Shown here: positions 61,801 through 64,000 of the stretch, piece by piece | Layout of the letters: every line of letters starts with the position of its first letter | How positions within the stretch are numbered: position 1 is the first letter of the stretch | From: Amphiscolops sp. MND2022 | Taxonomy: Eukaryota | Direction: 5' to 3' | DNA: 64,000 bases | Assembly: GCA_964187785.1 (NCBI GenBank) | Contig: OZ076415.1 | Span: forward strand, 13,392,001 to 13,456,000 | Made by a program: the position numbers and the translations under genes | The notes under the pieces: generated by a model | What the model saw: only the letters and a program-made list of their open reading frames with translations | Told to the model about the DNA's origin: nothing | The model's database searches: none

Positions 61801-64000
61801 AGGAATAGTTTCTATCGAAGTGTTAGAGTCAAAAAGTTTGGATGTTTTATCCGGATTTTGGTCGGAGGAGTTCGATAAATTACTCTGGTAAGATTCAGTA
61901 TCAAGGTTGCTAAAAAGAGATGGTGTTGATGAGTTGACGAATATAGAGGAAAGTAAGGGGATCTTTGGAAAAATATGGATCCGATGGGTGTGAAAGAAAG
62001 AGCCACCTTGTGTCATAAGTTCTTAAATGACTCCCGAGAGATATTTAGGTATCCTATAGGGGCCAAGGAGTAAAACGTTTGAGTTTAGTTGAAAATTTAA
62101 CAAATTTAAAATTGGTATCGATAACAAACGTGTCAATAGGGAGTTGTTTTAAACAAGCAGTTTCAAATGTAGATTATGTGTAGGTTTAATTTGTTGGTTA
62201 TATGGCGTTGAACAGTAGAATATTTTTCTAACTTTGCATGTTCAGCTGATATTAGCCATGAAGAGATGTGTTTACCAATGAGAGGAAAGGATTGAGACTT
62301 GATTACTGTAGTGTGTATGAGGAGGAACTGGATCACGAAATGAGACGATACAAGCTTTGGAGGAACTGAGTAAAACGTTAGGGGAAAAGGTTAGCGGATT
62401 ACGAAGAAAACAATTTGGTTTGGAAGAAGTTTGAGTTGCGAAAGAGCAGCAGCGTTACGTGCATAAGCATACATCTGAGTTTGCAATGACCAATTGGAAG
62501 GAAGGTTTTGCAAAAAGAGGCGTAGATGAGTTCAAAATAACGGGTTTGAACTTTACTAAACTGTTTGTCCAAAAATACAATGGAGTACGTCTCTGATTGA
62601 TTTTAAAGGATGTCTATGGATCCAATGATTGACGAGTGTTTGGATAGCGTATTTTAAAAAAAATTGAGGTGTTGGGTTTGTCACAAAAAATGACTAGCAG
62701 CGTCGATGACTACAAAAATAAAAGAATCAATTTGTGAAGTAAGTGAAATAGGTACTTTTGTGTCAATTGAGATCGTGTAACTAAAACAAGTCGCGTTTTT
62801 TTAAAAATGGTAATGAAGGAGAAGTTTTTTAAGGAAGTGTTTATTTGTTTGACACTCGCGACTATCTTGAGCAAAGATAGGGAACCATGATGGTTAGTGT
62901 GGAATGTAATAAATTTGGTTGAAGGTTTGAAATAGAAATTCATTCACCCTATTGACCATGTGAATACGTTTTATCAAAAGCAGCGTAAAAGGTTCTGAAT
63001 GGTAAACAAATGCCAGTTTAAATATTAGATAGTTGAGTTTTGGTGAAAAGTTTTTCAAGAATACGGGAGTTCAGGGTGTAGTATTGGGTTAAGTGTGAAA
63101 TTGGGTCAGTGTATCAATGATGGAAATGTTTTGTAATGTGTGTATAGAAAGGAGTTAGCTTAAATAATTGTGATAAGGGCAAAAATTTTTTGTTTTGTTT
63201 CAATCAAATTTAAACTGTAGAAAGAATAAGGTCATCTTTTTGAGCTCGTCAAAGAATCGGTTTAGCTAAGAATGTAACTCTGGGAAGTACAAAAATTTCA
63301 AGGGTTTTACAATGAACAAAAAAAGGGCCAAAAATGGTAAAAATTGAGTGGAGGTGGCTTTAAAAGGAGTTTGAGTAAAAGCAATTGTTTTAAAAAATGG
63401 TATCACGTCTAGATAAATGAGATTTTGTTAAGTTTGATATTGTTATTTGAGAAAGACCTTTTTGATTTAGTCATGATAGTTTTCGTGTTGAATTTCATAA
63501 TCGTGGTGATTTGTAACACGCGGAGTTTGAGTTTGGGTAAAGCGTTGTTCTGAAATTCTTTTAGGAACCTCTTTTGTTTTCTTTTGAGCATCGTCACCTT
63601 CAACGAGAAGGAATTGAGTGTAAGTAACATTGTAACTTTTATCGTGGATTCGAAGTGAGAATTGATCATCACTATAGTTAATGAGAACTAGCTGGGAAAC
63701 ATTTTTCTGAGTAGGTAAAACTTTTCCATGTTTTACCAAGTTGTGAACTTGTTTTGAAAAATTGTTTGAAAATCCAATATGTGGTGGTAAGGTTTTAATC
63801 GTGATGACTGAGCATATTGGTAAAATTTAATTTCGTACCTAAAGAAAGGATAATTTGAAGGTTTGAGAATTTTTTTTAAAAACAATTTAGATCTATTTGA
63901 TTCGATGTAGGATTTCTTTTGCGTGTGAAAGGACATAACGTGGGGTCATGATCAGTAGAAGTGTTCATTGTAAATTTTGATCCAATCAATGATAAGATGA
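55860..64000 (-). mobile_element. Decayed AT-rich Gypsy element (RT/RNase H/integrase plus a 3' extra ORF), internally duplicated; runs off the window end
   Basis: MRFFRSMNFYSRFINKLH..WTTELE (RT/RNase H tether), integrase remnants 57750-59000, homology to 52300-55800. Confidence 0.85.
57182..64000 (-). repeat. Tandem duplication, unit about 4.0 kb (57182-61173 and 61174 onward)
   Basis: TAAAACGTTTAGCTATTTAGCGAAAG at 57182 and 61174; matching ORFs offset by 4001-4003. Confidence 0.95.

Overview
Repeat-dense genomic DNA from a eukaryote, most likely an invertebrate animal: it has spliceosomal introns, about 35-40% GC (estimated by eye) and no prokaryotic gene organisation. One host gene can be reconstructed, a Wee1-family kinase on the minus strand. 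Five phase-compatible exons (41422-41578, 40716-40894, 38880-39141, 4369-4620, 2311-2438) give a nearly complete kinase domain plus the Wee1 C-terminal helix. One intron appears to be about 34 kb and is filled with nested LTR retroelements: a decayed Bel/Pao element, AT-rich Gypsy relics, and several rearranged copies of a large Gypsy element with an extra ORF upstream of gag. A spliced, hAT-transposase-like zinc-finger gene lies convergent with that Gypsy pol. The right third of the window holds two convergent, decayed AT-rich Gypsy elements with internal tandem duplications. The most unusual signals are: (1) a 19-bp motif GTC-N5-GAC-N5-GTC dispersed through one element family, in both coding and non-coding sequence; (2) a tandem array of predicted three-way junctions with compensatory stem changes just downstream of a PBS-like site; (3) the intron-bearing transposase-like gene associated with a retroelement; (4) three long perfect or near-perfect inverted repeats within 550 bp. 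All assignments come from manual reading and motif recall; no database searches were run, and element boundaries are approximate unless stated.
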